A model generated the notes under the pieces. It was not told the DNA's origin, searched no databases, and saw only the letters and a program-made list of their open reading frames with translations. Positions 1 through 9,268 of a stretch of 64,000 bases of DNA are shown here, piece after piece (within the stretch, counting starts at the first letter, position 1; each line of letters begins with the position of its first letter). This DNA comes from Alphaproteobacteria bacterium (GTDB taxonomy: Bacteria > Pseudomonadota > Alphaproteobacteria > CALKHQ01): assembly GCA_965227515.1 (NCBI GenBank), contig CBDDFZ010000001.1, forward strand, positions 1,673,600 through 1,737,599, read 5' to 3'. The position numbers were made by a program, and so were the translations under genes.

Positions 1-1
1 G

Positions 2-946
2 ACCTACACCCAGGGCTGGGAAGGCTATGCCGCCGTCGCGTCCCACGACATGCAGACCTACCACCGGGTGCCGACGCGCTATGCCGACGGGGTGCTGGAG
101 ATCCAGCACACGCCGCTGAGCGACTGTGTGACCTACAGCTATTTCGCGCCATACAACCTGGTGCGCCATGCCGCCCTGGTCGCCGGTGCGGCGGCGGACG
201 AGGAGACGTCGCTCAGTGTGCTGGGCCAGACCGTCGACGGCCGCGACATCGACCTGCTGACCCTCGGCGCGCCGGCGGCGGGCAAGCGCGCGGTCTGGGC
301 CATCGCCCGCCAGCACCCCGGCGAGACCATGGCCGAATGGTGGATGGAGGGTTTTCTCGACCGGCTGATCAACCCCGCCGATCCGCTCGCCCGTGCGCTG
401 CGCCAGAAGGCGGTGTTCTATGTCGTGCCGAACATGAACCCGGACGGCAGCTTTCGCGGCCACCTGCGCACCAACGCCGCCGGGGTCAATCTGAACCGCG
501 CCTGGGCCGAGCCGAGCCCGGACACCAGCCCCGAGGTCTACTACGTGCGCGAGCACATGCGCCGCACCGGCGTCGACTTCTGCATCGATGTCCACGGCGA
601 CGAGGCGATCCCCTACAACTTCATCGCCGGCTCACATGGCATTCCGTCGTTGAAGGAGAAGCAGATCGACCTGCACGACCGGTTCTGCGCCGCGCTGGTG
701 CGCGCCAACCCGGACTTCCAGATCGAGCACGGCTATCCCAAGGCGCCGCCGGGCCGCGCCAACATGACCATGTCGACCAACCACATCGCCGAGGCGTTCG
801 ACTGCCTGGCGATGACCTTGGAGATGCCGTTCAAGGACGTGGCGGACGCGCCCAACCAGATGACGGGCTGGTCGCCGGAGCGCAGCGGCGTGCTCGGCCG
901 CGCCTGCCTGGACGCGCTGGCGGAGGTTATCGACGACCTGCGTTGA
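2..946 (+). CDS. M14-family zinc carboxypeptidase-like protein; 5' end lies outside the window
   Basis: Frame 2 is open from the window edge into ORF 50..946. Motifs HPGETMAEWW (HxxE zinc ligands), VVPNMNPDG, NLNRAW and DVHGDE fit M14 metallocarboxypeptidases. Confidence 0.75.
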   Translation, partial: TYTQGWEGYAAVASHDMQTYHRVPTRYADGVLEIQHTPLSDCVTYSYFAPYNLVRHAALVAGAAADEETSLSVLGQTVDGRDIDLLTLGAPAAGKRAVWAIARQHPGETMAEWWMEGFLDRLINPADPLARALRQKAVFYVVPNMNPDGSFRGHLRTNAAGVNLNRAWAEPSPDTSPEVYYVREHMRRTGVDFCIDVHGDEAIPYNFIAGSHGIPSLKEKQIDLHDRFCAALVRANPDFQIEHGYPKAPPGRANMTMSTNHIAEAFDCLAMTLEMPFKDVADAPNQMTGWSPERSGVLGRACLDALAEVIDDLR

Positions 947-974
947 TCGTGACCAGCTTGCGCTGACTTGGCAA

Positions 975-2756
975 TCAAACGCTAATACGCTTCGTCTCAC
1001 CGGACCCGATATCGGGCGTGCTGACCGGCGAGCCGTCGCCGACCGGGGCCAGCGTGCGCATCGCCTCGTACTGGGACAGGAACACCTGGCCGGTCATCTC
1101 GTCCAGGAAGTGGGTGCGCTTCAGCCGGTCCATCACCGGGCCCTTCACCTCCGACAGGTGGAGCTTGATCTCCATGTCCTTCAGCCGGTGGTTGATGGCC
1201 TCCAGCGATTCCAGCGCGCTCAAGTCGATCTCGTTGATCGCCGAGCACATCAGCACGATGTGGCGGGTCTCCGGCGCGGCCAGCACCCGGTCGTAGAGAT
1301 AGTCCTCCAGGAAGCGCGCGTTGGCGAAGTTCAGGCTCTCGTCGATGCGAAAGCTCAGCATGGCCGGGTCGGTCAGCACCCGGTGGCGCCGGATGTTGCG
1401 GAAGTGCTCGGTGTGCGGCACCAGCCCGACCTCGGCGATGTGCGGGCGAGAGGTGCGGTAGAGCGCGAGAAGGATCGAGATGATCACGCCGCCGGAGACG
1501 CCGACCTCGACCCCGAAGCCGAGGGTGAGCAGGATGGTGCCGGCGACCGCGGCGAAGTCGGGCTTGGAGTACCGCCAGGCCTGCTTCAGCACGCCGAAGT
1601 CGATCAGCGACAGCACGGCGACGATGATGGTGGCGGCCAGCGTCGCCTTCGGCAGGAAGAAGATCAGCGGCGTCAGCGCCACCGCGGCAATCGCGAGCCC
1701 AATTGCGGTGAAGGCGCCGGCGGCCGGAGTCTCGGCCCCGGCATCGAAATTGACCACCGAGCGCGCGAAGCCGCCGGTGACCGGATAGCCGCCGGTGAAG
1801 GCCGCGCCCAGATTGGCGGCACCCAGCCCGATCAGCTCCTGGTCCGGGTCAATGCGCTGGCGCTTGCGCGCGGCCAGCGTCTGCGCGACCGAGATCGATT
1901 CCACGAAGCCGATGATCGAGATCAGCAGGGCCGGCACGATCAGCGCCTCGATCAGGTCCAGCGAAACATCGGGCAGGGTGAAGGGCGGCAGGCTCTGCGG
2001 CACCGCGCCGACGATCTGCACGCCCTGGTCCGCGAGGTCGAAGGTGCCGACCGCAAGCGTGGTGACGACGACGGCGGCGACCGGGCCGGCCTTCGCCGCC
2101 ACGTCGGCCAGGCGCGGGCCGACGCCCAGGCGCCGCAGCAGCGGCTTCAGCCCCTTGCGCACCCAGAACAGGAACGCCGCCGAGACGATGCCGATGACCG
2201 CCGTGATCGGGTTGGTGTCGGCGATGTGCTCCACCAGCGACACCACCATCTCCCACAACGTGTGGCCGGACGCGTCGACGCCGAGCACGTGGCGGAGCTG
2301 GCTGGTCGCGATCAGCACGCCGGACGCGGTGATGAACCCGGCGATCACCGGGTGGGACAGGAAATTGGCCAGGAAACCCAGCCGCAGCACGCCCATCAGC
2401 ACCAGCATGGCGCCCGACAGCCCGGCGAGCGTCAGCGCGGCGACCGCATAGCCGGCGGTGCCGGCCGCCGCCACATTGCCGATGGCGGCCGCCGTCATCA
2501 GCGACACCACCGCCACCGGCCCCACCGCCAGCACGCGGCTGGTGCCGAACACCGCATAGAGCATGATCGGCAGGATCGAGGCGTAGATGCCCGCTTCCGG
2601 CGGCAGGCCGGCCAGCAGCGCATAGGCCAGCGACTGCGGGATCAGCATGATCGTCACGATCACGGCCGCGATCAGGTCGTTGCCCAGGGCCTGGCCGTTG
2701 TAGGTGCGGCCCCATTGCAGGATCGGCAGATATCGCGTCCAGCCGCGCGCGGTCAT
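975..2756 (-). CDS. SulP-family anion transporter with C-terminal STAS domain
   Basis: ORF 975..2771. SulP N-terminal signature (YLPILQWGRTY...IPQSLAYALLAGLPPEAGIYAS), many hydrophobic segments, and a STAS-like tail. ATG at 2756 is preferred over TTG at 2771; no clear SD, so the start is uncertain. Confidence 0.85.
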   Translation of the reverse strand: MTARGWTRYLPILQWGRTYNGQALGNDLIAAVIVTIMLIPQSLAYALLAGLPPEAGIYASILPIMLYAVFGTSRVLAVGPVAVVSLMTAAAIGNVAAAGTAGYAVAALTLAGLSGAMLVLMGVLRLGFLANFLSHPVIAGFITASGVLIATSQLRHVLGVDASGHTLWEMVVSLVEHIADTNPITAVIGIVSAAFLFWVRKGLKPLLRRLGVGPRLADVAAKAGPVAAVVVTTLAVGTFDLADQGVQIVGAVPQSLPPFTLPDVSLDLIEALIVPALLISIIGFVESISVAQTLAARKRQRIDPDQELIGLGAANLGAAFTGGYPVTGGFARSVVNFDAGAETPAAGAFTAIGLAIAAVALTPLIFFLPKATLAATIIVAVLSLIDFGVLKQAWRYSKPDFAAVAGTILLTLGFGVEVGVSGGVIISILLALYRTSRPHIAEVGLVPHTEHFRNIRRHRVLTDPAMLSFRIDESLNFANARFLEDYLYDRVLAAPETRHIVLMCSAINEIDLSALESLEAINHRLKDMEIKLHLSEVKGPVMDRLKRTHFLDEMTGQVFLSQYEAMRTLAPVGDGSPVSTPDIGSGETKRISV

Positions 2757-2790
2757 TGTGGCGTGGTCCAATGCTGTCGAGCCAAGGAGG

Positions 2791-4455
2791 TCAAATCCGC
2801 TCGGGCTTGGCCAGCCACTCGCGCCCGCGCAGCATCGCCTTCCAATAGATCGGCGGCAGCAGCTTCTCCTTCAGGAACCACGCCAGGCGGCTGGGCTTGG
2901 TGCCGTTGATCAGCCAACGCGGGAAGCTTGGCAGCAGCGTGCCGCCATAGCCGAACTCGGCCAGCACGATCTTGCCGCGCTCCACCGTCAGCGGGCAGGA
3001 GCCATAGCCGTCGTACTGCGCCACCGGCGAGCGGCCGTCGACATCGGCGATCAGGTTCTCCGCCACCGTCGGCGCCTGCTTGCGTGCGGCAGCCGCCGTC
3101 TTGGCATTGGGAGCATTCATCACGTCGCCCAGCGCCCAGATGTTCTCGAACGACTTGTGGCGCAGGGTCGCCTGGTCGACATCGACCCAGCCGGCAGCGT
3201 CCGCCAGCGGCGACACCCGGATGAAGTCCGGCGCGGTCTGCGGCGGGCAGACGTGCATCATGTCGAACTCGACCTCGACGCGCTCCACCGGCGTGTCCGG
3301 CTTGGCGACGTCGAACCATGCCTTGCCGGCCGGGCCGTCCACCGCCACCAGGTTGTTGAAGAATTCCAGCTTGGCGCCGTAGCGGTCGATATAGCTCTGT
3401 AGCGCCGGCACGTAGTCTTTCACGCCGAACAGCACGCCGCCGGCATTGTGGAAGTGGATGTCGATGTTGTTGAGCACGCCGTTGCGCCGCCAGTGGTCGG
3501 CCGAGAGGTAGAGCGCCTTCTGCGGCGCGCCGGCGCACTTGATCGGCATCGGCGGCTGGGTGAACAGCGCGCGCCCCTTCTTCAGCCCCTGCACCAGTTG
3601 CCAGGTATAGGGCGCCAGATCGTAGCGGTAGTTGGAGGTGACGCCGTTGCGGCCCAGGGTCTCGACCAGGCCTTCCACCTTGTGCCAGTCGAGCTTCAGG
3701 CCGGGGCAGACCACCAGGCGCTGGTATTTCACCACCCGGCAGCCATCCAGGATGACGGCGTTGTTCTGCGGCTCGAAAGCGGCCACCGCCGCCTTCAGCC
3801 AATGCACGCCGTTGGGGATCAGCAAGGCCATGGTGCGGGCGGTGTCGCCGGCGTCGAAGATGCCGCCGCCGACCATGGTCCAGCCCGGCTGGTAGTAGTG
3901 CACGTCGGCGGGGTCGATGATGGCGATATCGAGCGAGGGCCGGCGCGCGCGCAGGCTGGCGGCGACGGAGATGCCCGCGGCACCGCCGCCGACCACCACA
4001 ACGTCGAACGACGCATCCGGCCGGTCGGTCGGTGTCTTGCCGCCATTGGAGATGCGCCGCGCCACGCCGCTCATGTCGTAGCCGGCGCGCTTGGCGGCGG
4101 CCAGGATGTCGGCCAGCGCCATCCGGTCGGCCTGGGCCAGCGACCACAGGGTTGTCGAGCGGGTGCCGGACCGGCAATAGGCCAGCACCGGCTTCGGCAA
4201 TGACTGCAGCGCATCGCCGAACGCCTGGGCGTCGTCGTCGCCTACCTTGCCGGAGACTATGGGGATGTAGCGTGCCTCCATCCCCGCCTTTTTCGCTGCC
4301 TCTTCGATTTCCTCGAAATTGGGCTGGTCCGGCCCCTCGCCATCGGGCCGGTTGCAGATGACCGCCCGGAAGCCCTGTTCGGCGAGTGCTGCCACGTCGT
4401 CGACGGCGATCTGGCCGCTGACCGACAGCTCGTTCGAGATCTTCTTCACGTCCAT
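2791..4455 (-). CDS. sqr: DUF442 (sulfurtransferase/phosphatase-fold) domain fused to a type II (mitochondrial-type) sulfide:quinone oxidoreductase
   Basis: ORF 2791..4590 trimmed to ATG 4455, which is preceded by GGGAGGAA. The N-terminus (MDVKKISNELSVSGQI...ICNRPDGE) is DUF442-like. The remainder has a VVVGGGAAG FAD motif and the PIKCAGAPQK and YDGYGSCPL cysteine motifs seen in SQOR-type enzymes. Confidence 0.85.
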   Translation of the reverse strand: MDVKKISNELSVSGQIAVDDVAALAEQGFRAVICNRPDGEGPDQPNFEEIEEAAKKAGMEARYIPIVSGKVGDDDAQAFGDALQSLPKPVLAYCRSGTRSTTLWSLAQADRMALADILAAAKRAGYDMSGVARRISNGGKTPTDRPDASFDVVVVGGGAAGISVAASLRARRPSLDIAIIDPADVHYYQPGWTMVGGGIFDAGDTARTMALLIPNGVHWLKAAVAAFEPQNNAVILDGCRVVKYQRLVVCPGLKLDWHKVEGLVETLGRNGVTSNYRYDLAPYTWQLVQGLKKGRALFTQPPMPIKCAGAPQKALYLSADHWRRNGVLNNIDIHFHNAGGVLFGVKDYVPALQSYIDRYGAKLEFFNNLVAVDGPAGKAWFDVAKPDTPVERVEVEFDMMHVCPPQTAPDFIRVSPLADAAGWVDVDQATLRHKSFENIWALGDVMNAPNAKTAAAARKQAPTVAENLIADVDGRSPVAQYDGYGSCPLTVERGKIVLAEFGYGGTLLPSFPRWLINGTKPSRLAWFLKEKLLPPIYWKAMLRGREWLAKPERI

Positions 4456-4465
4456 GACGATTCCT

Positions 4466-4521
4466 CCCGTATCCAACTGCCCGTATCCAACTGCCCGTAT
4501 CCAACTGCCTGTGTCCGACGG
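4466..4521. repeat. 14-bp tandem repeat CCCGTATCCAACTG: three perfect copies plus one degenerate copy
   Basis: Read directly: 4466-4479, 4480-4493 and 4494-4507 are identical. 4508-4521 (CCTGTGTCCGACGG) has 4 mismatches. The array fills the gap between the upstream gene's stop (4523) and the sqr SD (4461-4468). Confidence 0.9.
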
Positions 4522-4522
4522 C

Positions 4523-5407
4523 TCAGAGGCCGTTGATCGGCAGCTTGAGCATCTGCCGGCCGCTGGGATCGGTGGGGATATCGCCGGCACGCATGTTGAC
4601 CTGCAGCGACGGCAGGATCAGGCGCGGCATGTCCAGGGTGGCGTCACGCGCGGTACGGAACTTGACGAACTCCTCGCGTGTCTTGCCGCCACCGACATGG
4701 ATGTTCTTGGCCTTCTCGGCGCCGACCGTGGTCTCCCATTCGATGTCGCGGCCGTCGGCGCCGTAGTCGTGGCACATGAACAGGCGGGTCTCGTCCGGCA
4801 GCGCCAGCACCTTCTGGATCGAATCGTAGAGGGTGCCGGCATCGCCGCCCGGAAAGTCGGCGCGTGCGGAGCCCGCATCGGGCATGAACAGGGTGTCGCC
4901 GACGAACGCGGCATCGCCGATCACGTGGACCATGCATGCCGGGGTGTGGCCGGGGGTGTGCATGGCGAACCCGGTCATGCCGCCGATGGTGTAGGTGTCG
5001 CCGTCCTTGAACAGGGCGTCGAATTGGCTGCCGTCGCGCTTGAACTCGGTCCCTTCGTTGAAGAACTTGCCGAAGGTCTCCTGCACCACGACGATCTTGT
5101 CGCCGATGCCGATCTTGCCGCCCAGCTTGGCCTGGATGTACGGCGCGGCGGACAGGTGGTCGGCGTGGACGTGGGTCTCGATGATCCACTCCAGCTTCAG
5201 GCCACGGTCGGTGATGTCGGCGATGATCTCGTCGGCGTGCTCGAAGCTGATGCGGCCGGCGGCATAGTCCAGGTCCATCACCGAATCGACGACCGCGCAG
5301 GACGACGAGCCGGGGTCCTTGACCACATAGCTGATGGTGTTGGTGTCCGGCTCGAAGAACGCCTTGACGTCCGGCTTCACGGAAATGTCGACGGGATATT
5401 GTGTCAT
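4523..5407 (-). CDS. MBL-fold persulfide dioxygenase-like hydrolase (Blh/ETHE1-type)
   Basis: ORF 4523..5455 trimmed to ATG 5407 with a GGAGGAAG SD. THVHADH metal motif. Sits immediately upstream of sqr on the same strand. Confidence 0.8.
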   Translation of the reverse strand: MTQYPVDISVKPDVKAFFEPDTNTISYVVKDPGSSSCAVVDSVMDLDYAAGRISFEHADEIIADITDRGLKLEWIIETHVHADHLSAAPYIQAKLGGKIGIGDKIVVVQETFGKFFNEGTEFKRDGSQFDALFKDGDTYTIGGMTGFAMHTPGHTPACMVHVIGDAAFVGDTLFMPDAGSARADFPGGDAGTLYDSIQKVLALPDETRLFMCHDYGADGRDIEWETTVGAEKAKNIHVGGGKTREEFVKFRTARDATLDMPRLILPSLQVNMRAGDIPTDPSGRQMLKLPINGL

Positions 5408-5467
5408 TGCTTCCTCCGGTTGGCGGGATTTGCGCCAACCGTAGAGCAATGTCACGCACCGATCAGT

Positions 5468-5505
5468 GATCTAGTCACGGAAGGTGGAACGTCGGTGACT
5501 AGATC
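5468..5505. promoter_or_regulatory. Perfect 11-bp inverted repeat GATCTAGTCAC-N16-GTGACTAGATC, 60-100 bp upstream of the dioxygenase gene
   Basis: Arms at 5468-5478 and 5495-5505 read directly; the flanks extend the symmetry imperfectly. Could be an operator or an RNA stem-loop. Confidence 0.35.
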
Positions 5506-5526
5506 GGGATCAGCTTACGCTGAATC

Positions 5527-5608
5527 TGCGCCGGCCCTCTCCCCCACCCGGCCACCCAGCAGGATACTGTCGTTGGGCGGCCGGGTGGGGGAGAGGGCCG
5601 GTGCCGAC
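5527..5608. repeat. REP-like palindromic intergenic element (family 'CCCTCTCCCCCACCCGGCC'), copy 1
   Basis: Arms 5527-5557 and 5575-5608 are reverse complements. Nearly identical to 18608..18703. Confidence 0.8.
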
Positions 5609-5623
5609 TTAAATGATCATGCT

Positions 5624-6286
5624 CTAGTGTCCCGCGTGGGCCAGTTCGCCGAGCGACGTCTCGTCGGTGATGGTGACCATACCGCGGGTCTGGTTCAGCC
5701 AGCCGCGGCGATGGAACTCCTGCAACTGGCGCGACACCACCTCGCGCGCGGTGCCGAGTTCGGAGGCGAGCTGCTGGTGGGTCGCCGCCACCTGGTGCGC
5801 CGGCGTCTGCAACTCCAACAGCTTCTGGGCCAGGCGGATGTCCATGCGCCGGAACGCCACTTCCTCGATCACCAGAAACAGGTCGGTGATGCGCTTGGAG
5901 TAGGCGGAGAAGACGAAGCGGCGGAACACCTCCGACGACGCGACCAACTGGTCGAACACCCGGCGCGGAATGGCGACCGCCTCGACATCGGTCTCGGTGA
6001 TGCCTTCGGCCAGATAGTCCTCATAGGCCAGCAGGCAGGCCGTGGTCAGCACGCAGCTTTCGCCCGCATGCACCCGGTAGAGCACGATCTCGCGCCCGCT
6101 CTCCGACACCTGCTGCACCCGCACCGTGCCGTCGAGCAGCAGCAGCATGTTTTCCGGCGCCTTGCCGGGCCCGAAGATGACGGTGCCTTTCGGCACCGAT
6201 ACCACGGCGCTCTCGCCCACCAGCAGGTCGCGGATCTCCGGCTTCAGGCTGGCCAGTCCGGGGAAGTTGGCGATCCACTCCGTCAT
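5624..6286 (-). CDS. Crp/Fnr-family transcriptional regulator
   Basis: 220 aa with an N-terminal cNMP-binding-like beta-roll and a C-terminal HTH (ASELGTAREVVSRQLQEF). Confidence 0.85.
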   Translation of the reverse strand: MTEWIANFPGLASLKPEIRDLLVGESAVVSVPKGTVIFGPGKAPENMLLLLDGTVRVQQVSESGREIVLYRVHAGESCVLTTACLLAYEDYLAEGITETDVEAVAIPRRVFDQLVASSEVFRRFVFSAYSKRITDLFLVIEEVAFRRMDIRLAQKLLELQTPAHQVAATHQQLASELGTAREVVSRQLQEFHRRGWLNQTRGMVTITDETSLGELAHAGH

Positions 6287-6295
6287 GGCGGCATC

Positions 6296-7753
6296 CTACG
6301 CCGAATTGCCGCCGCGCGTATCGCCTGTGATGTCCCTGTACAGCGCGTCGTAGGCGAGGGCGGATTGGTCCCAGCCCACCGGATGCGCCATCGCGCGGCG
6401 CTGCATGGTGCGCCACGCCTTGGCATCGGCGAAGACGTCGCAGGCGGTGGCCAGCGCCTGGGCCAGCGCATCGGCCGTCACCGGTGCGAACTGGAAGCCG
6501 GTGGCGACACCAGCCCGCATGGCGGCGTCGTTGGCGTCGATCACGGTGTCGGCCAGCCCGCCGGTGCGCGCCACGACCGGCAACGTGCCATAGCGCAGCC
6601 CATAGAGCTGGGTCAGGCCGCACGGCTCGAAACGGGACGGCACGACGATGGCGTCGGCGCCCGCCTGCATCAGGTGCGACAGCGCCTCGTCATAGCCGAT
6701 GCGCACGCCCAGCCGCTCCGGCATGCGGCGGCGTGCGCCCATGAAGGCATCCTCCAGGGCGGTGTCGCCGGCCCCCAGCAGCACCAGGCTGGCGCGCTCC
6801 AACAGCGCGGGCAGGGCCTCCAGCAGCAGGTCCAGGCCCTTCTGCGCGGTCATCCGGCTGACCACGCAGAACAGCGGGCGGTCGGGGCAGGGCGCGATCT
6901 CGAACGCGCTGGCCAGGGCGGCCTTGTTCTTCGCCTTGCCTGATATCGCCCGCGCGGAATAGCTGGCGGCGATGTGCGGGTCGGCGGCCGGGTTCCACAC
7001 GTCCAGGTCGATGCCGTTCAGGATGCCGCTGAGGTCGCCGGCCCGCCCGCGCAGCACCCCGTCCATCCCCATGCCGAACGCGGGCGTCATCAGCTCGCGC
7101 GCGTAGGTGGGGCTCACGGTCGTCAGCCGGTCGGCATAAACCAGACCCGCCTTCAGCATGCTGACCTGGCCGTAGTATTCCAGGCCCTCCGGCGTGAACA
7201 TGGCGGCCGGAATGTCCAGGGCGGACAGCGTCTCGGCCGGAAACAGCCCCTGGAAGGCGACGTTGTGGATGGAGATCACGGACGGGATCGCCGGACCCTT
7301 GGCGCCGCGCAGATAGGCCGGCACCAGGCCCGCCTGCCAGTCGTGGCAGTGGACAAGGTCGGGCCGCCAGCCGTCCGCCCCCTTTGTCGCGATGTCCGTC
7401 GCCACCCGGCAGAGCGCGCCATAGCGCAAATGGTTGTCCGGCCAGTCGCGCCCGTCCGGCCCCAGATAGGGGTTGCCCGGCCGGTCGAACAGGTGCGGCG
7501 CATCCAGCAGCAGCAGGTCCAGTCCGGCCGTCTTGCCCGCCAGCACGTTCGCCTTGCCGCCAAAAAGGGCCTTGTAGCTGGCCGCCGGCGTTGCGTCCGA
7601 CAGCTTGCCGGCGAGCCCCCGATAGGCCGGCAGCAGCACCCGCACCTCGTGGCCCAGGGTGGCGAGCGCCTGTGGCAGCGCGCCGACGACATCGGCCAGC
7701 CCGCCGGTCTTGACCAGCGGCGCGCACTCCGACGCCACGAACAGGATGCGCAT
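6296..7753 (-). CDS. glgA: Glycogen synthase
   Basis: MRILFVASECAPLVKTGGLADVVGALP N-terminus. 485 aa with collinear GT5 family features. Confidence 0.95.
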   Translation of the reverse strand: MRILFVASECAPLVKTGGLADVVGALPQALATLGHEVRVLLPAYRGLAGKLSDATPAASYKALFGGKANVLAGKTAGLDLLLLDAPHLFDRPGNPYLGPDGRDWPDNHLRYGALCRVATDIATKGADGWRPDLVHCHDWQAGLVPAYLRGAKGPAIPSVISIHNVAFQGLFPAETLSALDIPAAMFTPEGLEYYGQVSMLKAGLVYADRLTTVSPTYARELMTPAFGMGMDGVLRGRAGDLSGILNGIDLDVWNPAADPHIAASYSARAISGKAKNKAALASAFEIAPCPDRPLFCVVSRMTAQKGLDLLLEALPALLERASLVLLGAGDTALEDAFMGARRRMPERLGVRIGYDEALSHLMQAGADAIVVPSRFEPCGLTQLYGLRYGTLPVVARTGGLADTVIDANDAAMRAGVATGFQFAPVTADALAQALATACDVFADAKAWRTMQRRAMAHPVGWDQSALAYDALYRDITGDTRGGNSA

Positions 7754-7756
7754 CGT

Positions 7757-9025
7757 CTACAGGCTGAGCTTGTCGATCATCGGCTGGGTGATCAGGCAGA
7801 TGCCGCCCTCGCTGATCCGGAACCGCTTGCCGTCGAGTTCAGGATCCTCGCCGACCACCAGCCCCTCCGGGATCTCCACGCCGCGGTCGAGGATGACGTT
7901 GGTCAGCCGCGCGTTGCGGTTCACCACGCAGTCCGGCAGCGCGACGACGCCGTTCAGCTCGCTGTAGGAATGGCAGCGCACATTGGTGAACAGCAGGCAC
8001 TCGCGCAGCGACGAGCCGGAGATGACGCACCCGCCGGAGACCATGGAACTGACCGCCATGCCGCGCCGATCCTCCTCGTCGTGGATGAACTTGGCCGGCG
8101 GCGTGATCTCGGCATAGGTCCAGATCGGCCAGTCCTTGTCGTAGAGGTCGAGCTCCGGCGTAAAGTCGGTCAGGTCCTTGTTCGCCTGCCAGAAATTGTC
8201 CAGCGTGCCGACATCGCGCCAGTACGGTTCCGACTCGTCATCGCTGGTGACGCAGGACTGGGAGAAGCGGTGGGCGACGGCGCCGCCGCTCTCGACCAGC
8301 TTCGGGATGATGTTGCGGCCGAAATCGTGGGCGGATGCGGCATCGTCCATGTCTTCCAGCAGAACCTGGATCAACAGCTTGGTCTCGAACACGTAGATGC
8401 CCATGCTGGCCAGCGCCATGTCGGGCTTGTCCGGCATGCCGGGCGGATCGGCCGGCTTCTCCACGAAGTCGACGATGCGATCGGTCGTGTCGATCTTCAT
8501 GACGCCGAAGCCGGTCGCCTCCATGCGCGGCACTTCCAGGCAGCCCACGGTGACGGCCGCGCCGGAGTCGACGTGCTGCTGCAGCATCACCTCGTAGTCC
8601 ATCTTGTAGACGTGGTCGCCGGCCAGCACGACGATGTACTTCGGCTCGTAGCTCTCGATGATGTCGATGTTCTGGGTCACCGCGTCGGCAGTGCCCAGAT
8701 ACCAGCGGTTCTCGTCGACGCGCTGCGAGGCGGGCAGGATGTCCAGCATCTCGTTGCGCTCGGCCCGGAAGAAGCTCCAGCCCCGCTGCAGATGGCGGAC
8801 CAGGCTGTGCGCCTTGTACTGGGTGGCGACACAGATGCGGCGGATGCCCGAATTGACCGCGTTCGACAGGGCGAAATCGATGATGCGGCTCTTGCCGCCG
8901 AAATAGACGGCCGGTTTCGCGCGCTTGTCGGTGAGTTCCAGCAGCCGGCTGCCGCGCCCGCCGGCCAGGACAAACGCCATGGTATCGCGCGCCAGAATGC
9001 GCGGGGTGGACAGTTGTCTGGGCAT
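7757..9025 (-). CDS. glgC: Glucose-1-phosphate adenylyltransferase
   Basis: ORF 7757..9238 trimmed to ATG 9025 with a [39 protein letters not shown] motif. The stop lies 3 nt before the glgA start. Confidence 0.95.
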   Translation of the reverse strand: MPRQLSTPRILARDTMAFVLAGGRGSRLLELTDKRAKPAVYFGGKSRIIDFALSNAVNSGIRRICVATQYKAHSLVRHLQRGWSFFRAERNEMLDILPASQRVDENRWYLGTADAVTQNIDIIESYEPKYIVVLAGDHVYKMDYEVMLQQHVDSGAAVTVGCLEVPRMEATGFGVMKIDTTDRIVDFVEKPADPPGMPDKPDMALASMGIYVFETKLLIQVLLEDMDDAASAHDFGRNIIPKLVESGGAVAHRFSQSCVTSDDESEPYWRDVGTLDNFWQANKDLTDFTPELDLYDKDWPIWTYAEITPPAKFIHDEEDRRGMAVSSMVSGGCVISGSSLRECLLFTNVRCHSYSELNGVVALPDCVVNRNARLTNVILDRGVEIPEGLVVGEDPELDGKRFRISEGGICLITQPMIDKLSL

Positions 9026-9268
9026 GGTCCCGATCTCCTCCCGTTCGCCTCCGTGTCGCACCCATTGTAGGGCGTGTGCCGTGGCGCGCCAGCCGTGTCT
9101 CCGCCGCCTTGCGTTTTTCGTGGCTGCCATTCGATGGCGACGCATGGTCGCTTGCAATGGCCGGCTCCGCGGGCCTGCGTTATTGTTGCGCCGAACCGGG
9201 CCGCGCCACCACCATGGACTGGCACAAGGCCCCGGCACAAATCAGCTATTACAGGGATTTTTCGGGAC

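Noticed and set aside
1110-2909. Very long ORFs antisense to recognised genes. Examples: 1110..2909, 4319..6943, 6974..9070, 10834..12180, 14685..16574, 24168..25514, 32924..34912, 43960..45654, 52126..53193, 53860..55374, 57655..59433 and 59506..61458.
   Set aside because: This is the typical high-G+C artefact. The translations are Arg/Gly/His/Pro-rich with no recognisable motifs, and each is fully overlapped by an opposite-strand gene with clear family signatures.
4466-4521. Whether the tandem repeats or the REP-like palindromes could be a CRISPR array.
   Set aside because: The units are 14 bp and directly abutting, with no spacers. The palindromic elements are dispersed single copies. There are no cas genes in the window.
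9026-9268. Possible SAM-II or cobalamin riboswitch upstream of the MetE-like gene.
   Set aside because: No AAAGCU-type SAM-II core and no B12 box (GCCACUG) were seen by eye. The region is also the divergent promoter region with glgC. It remains unverified without a covariance-model search.
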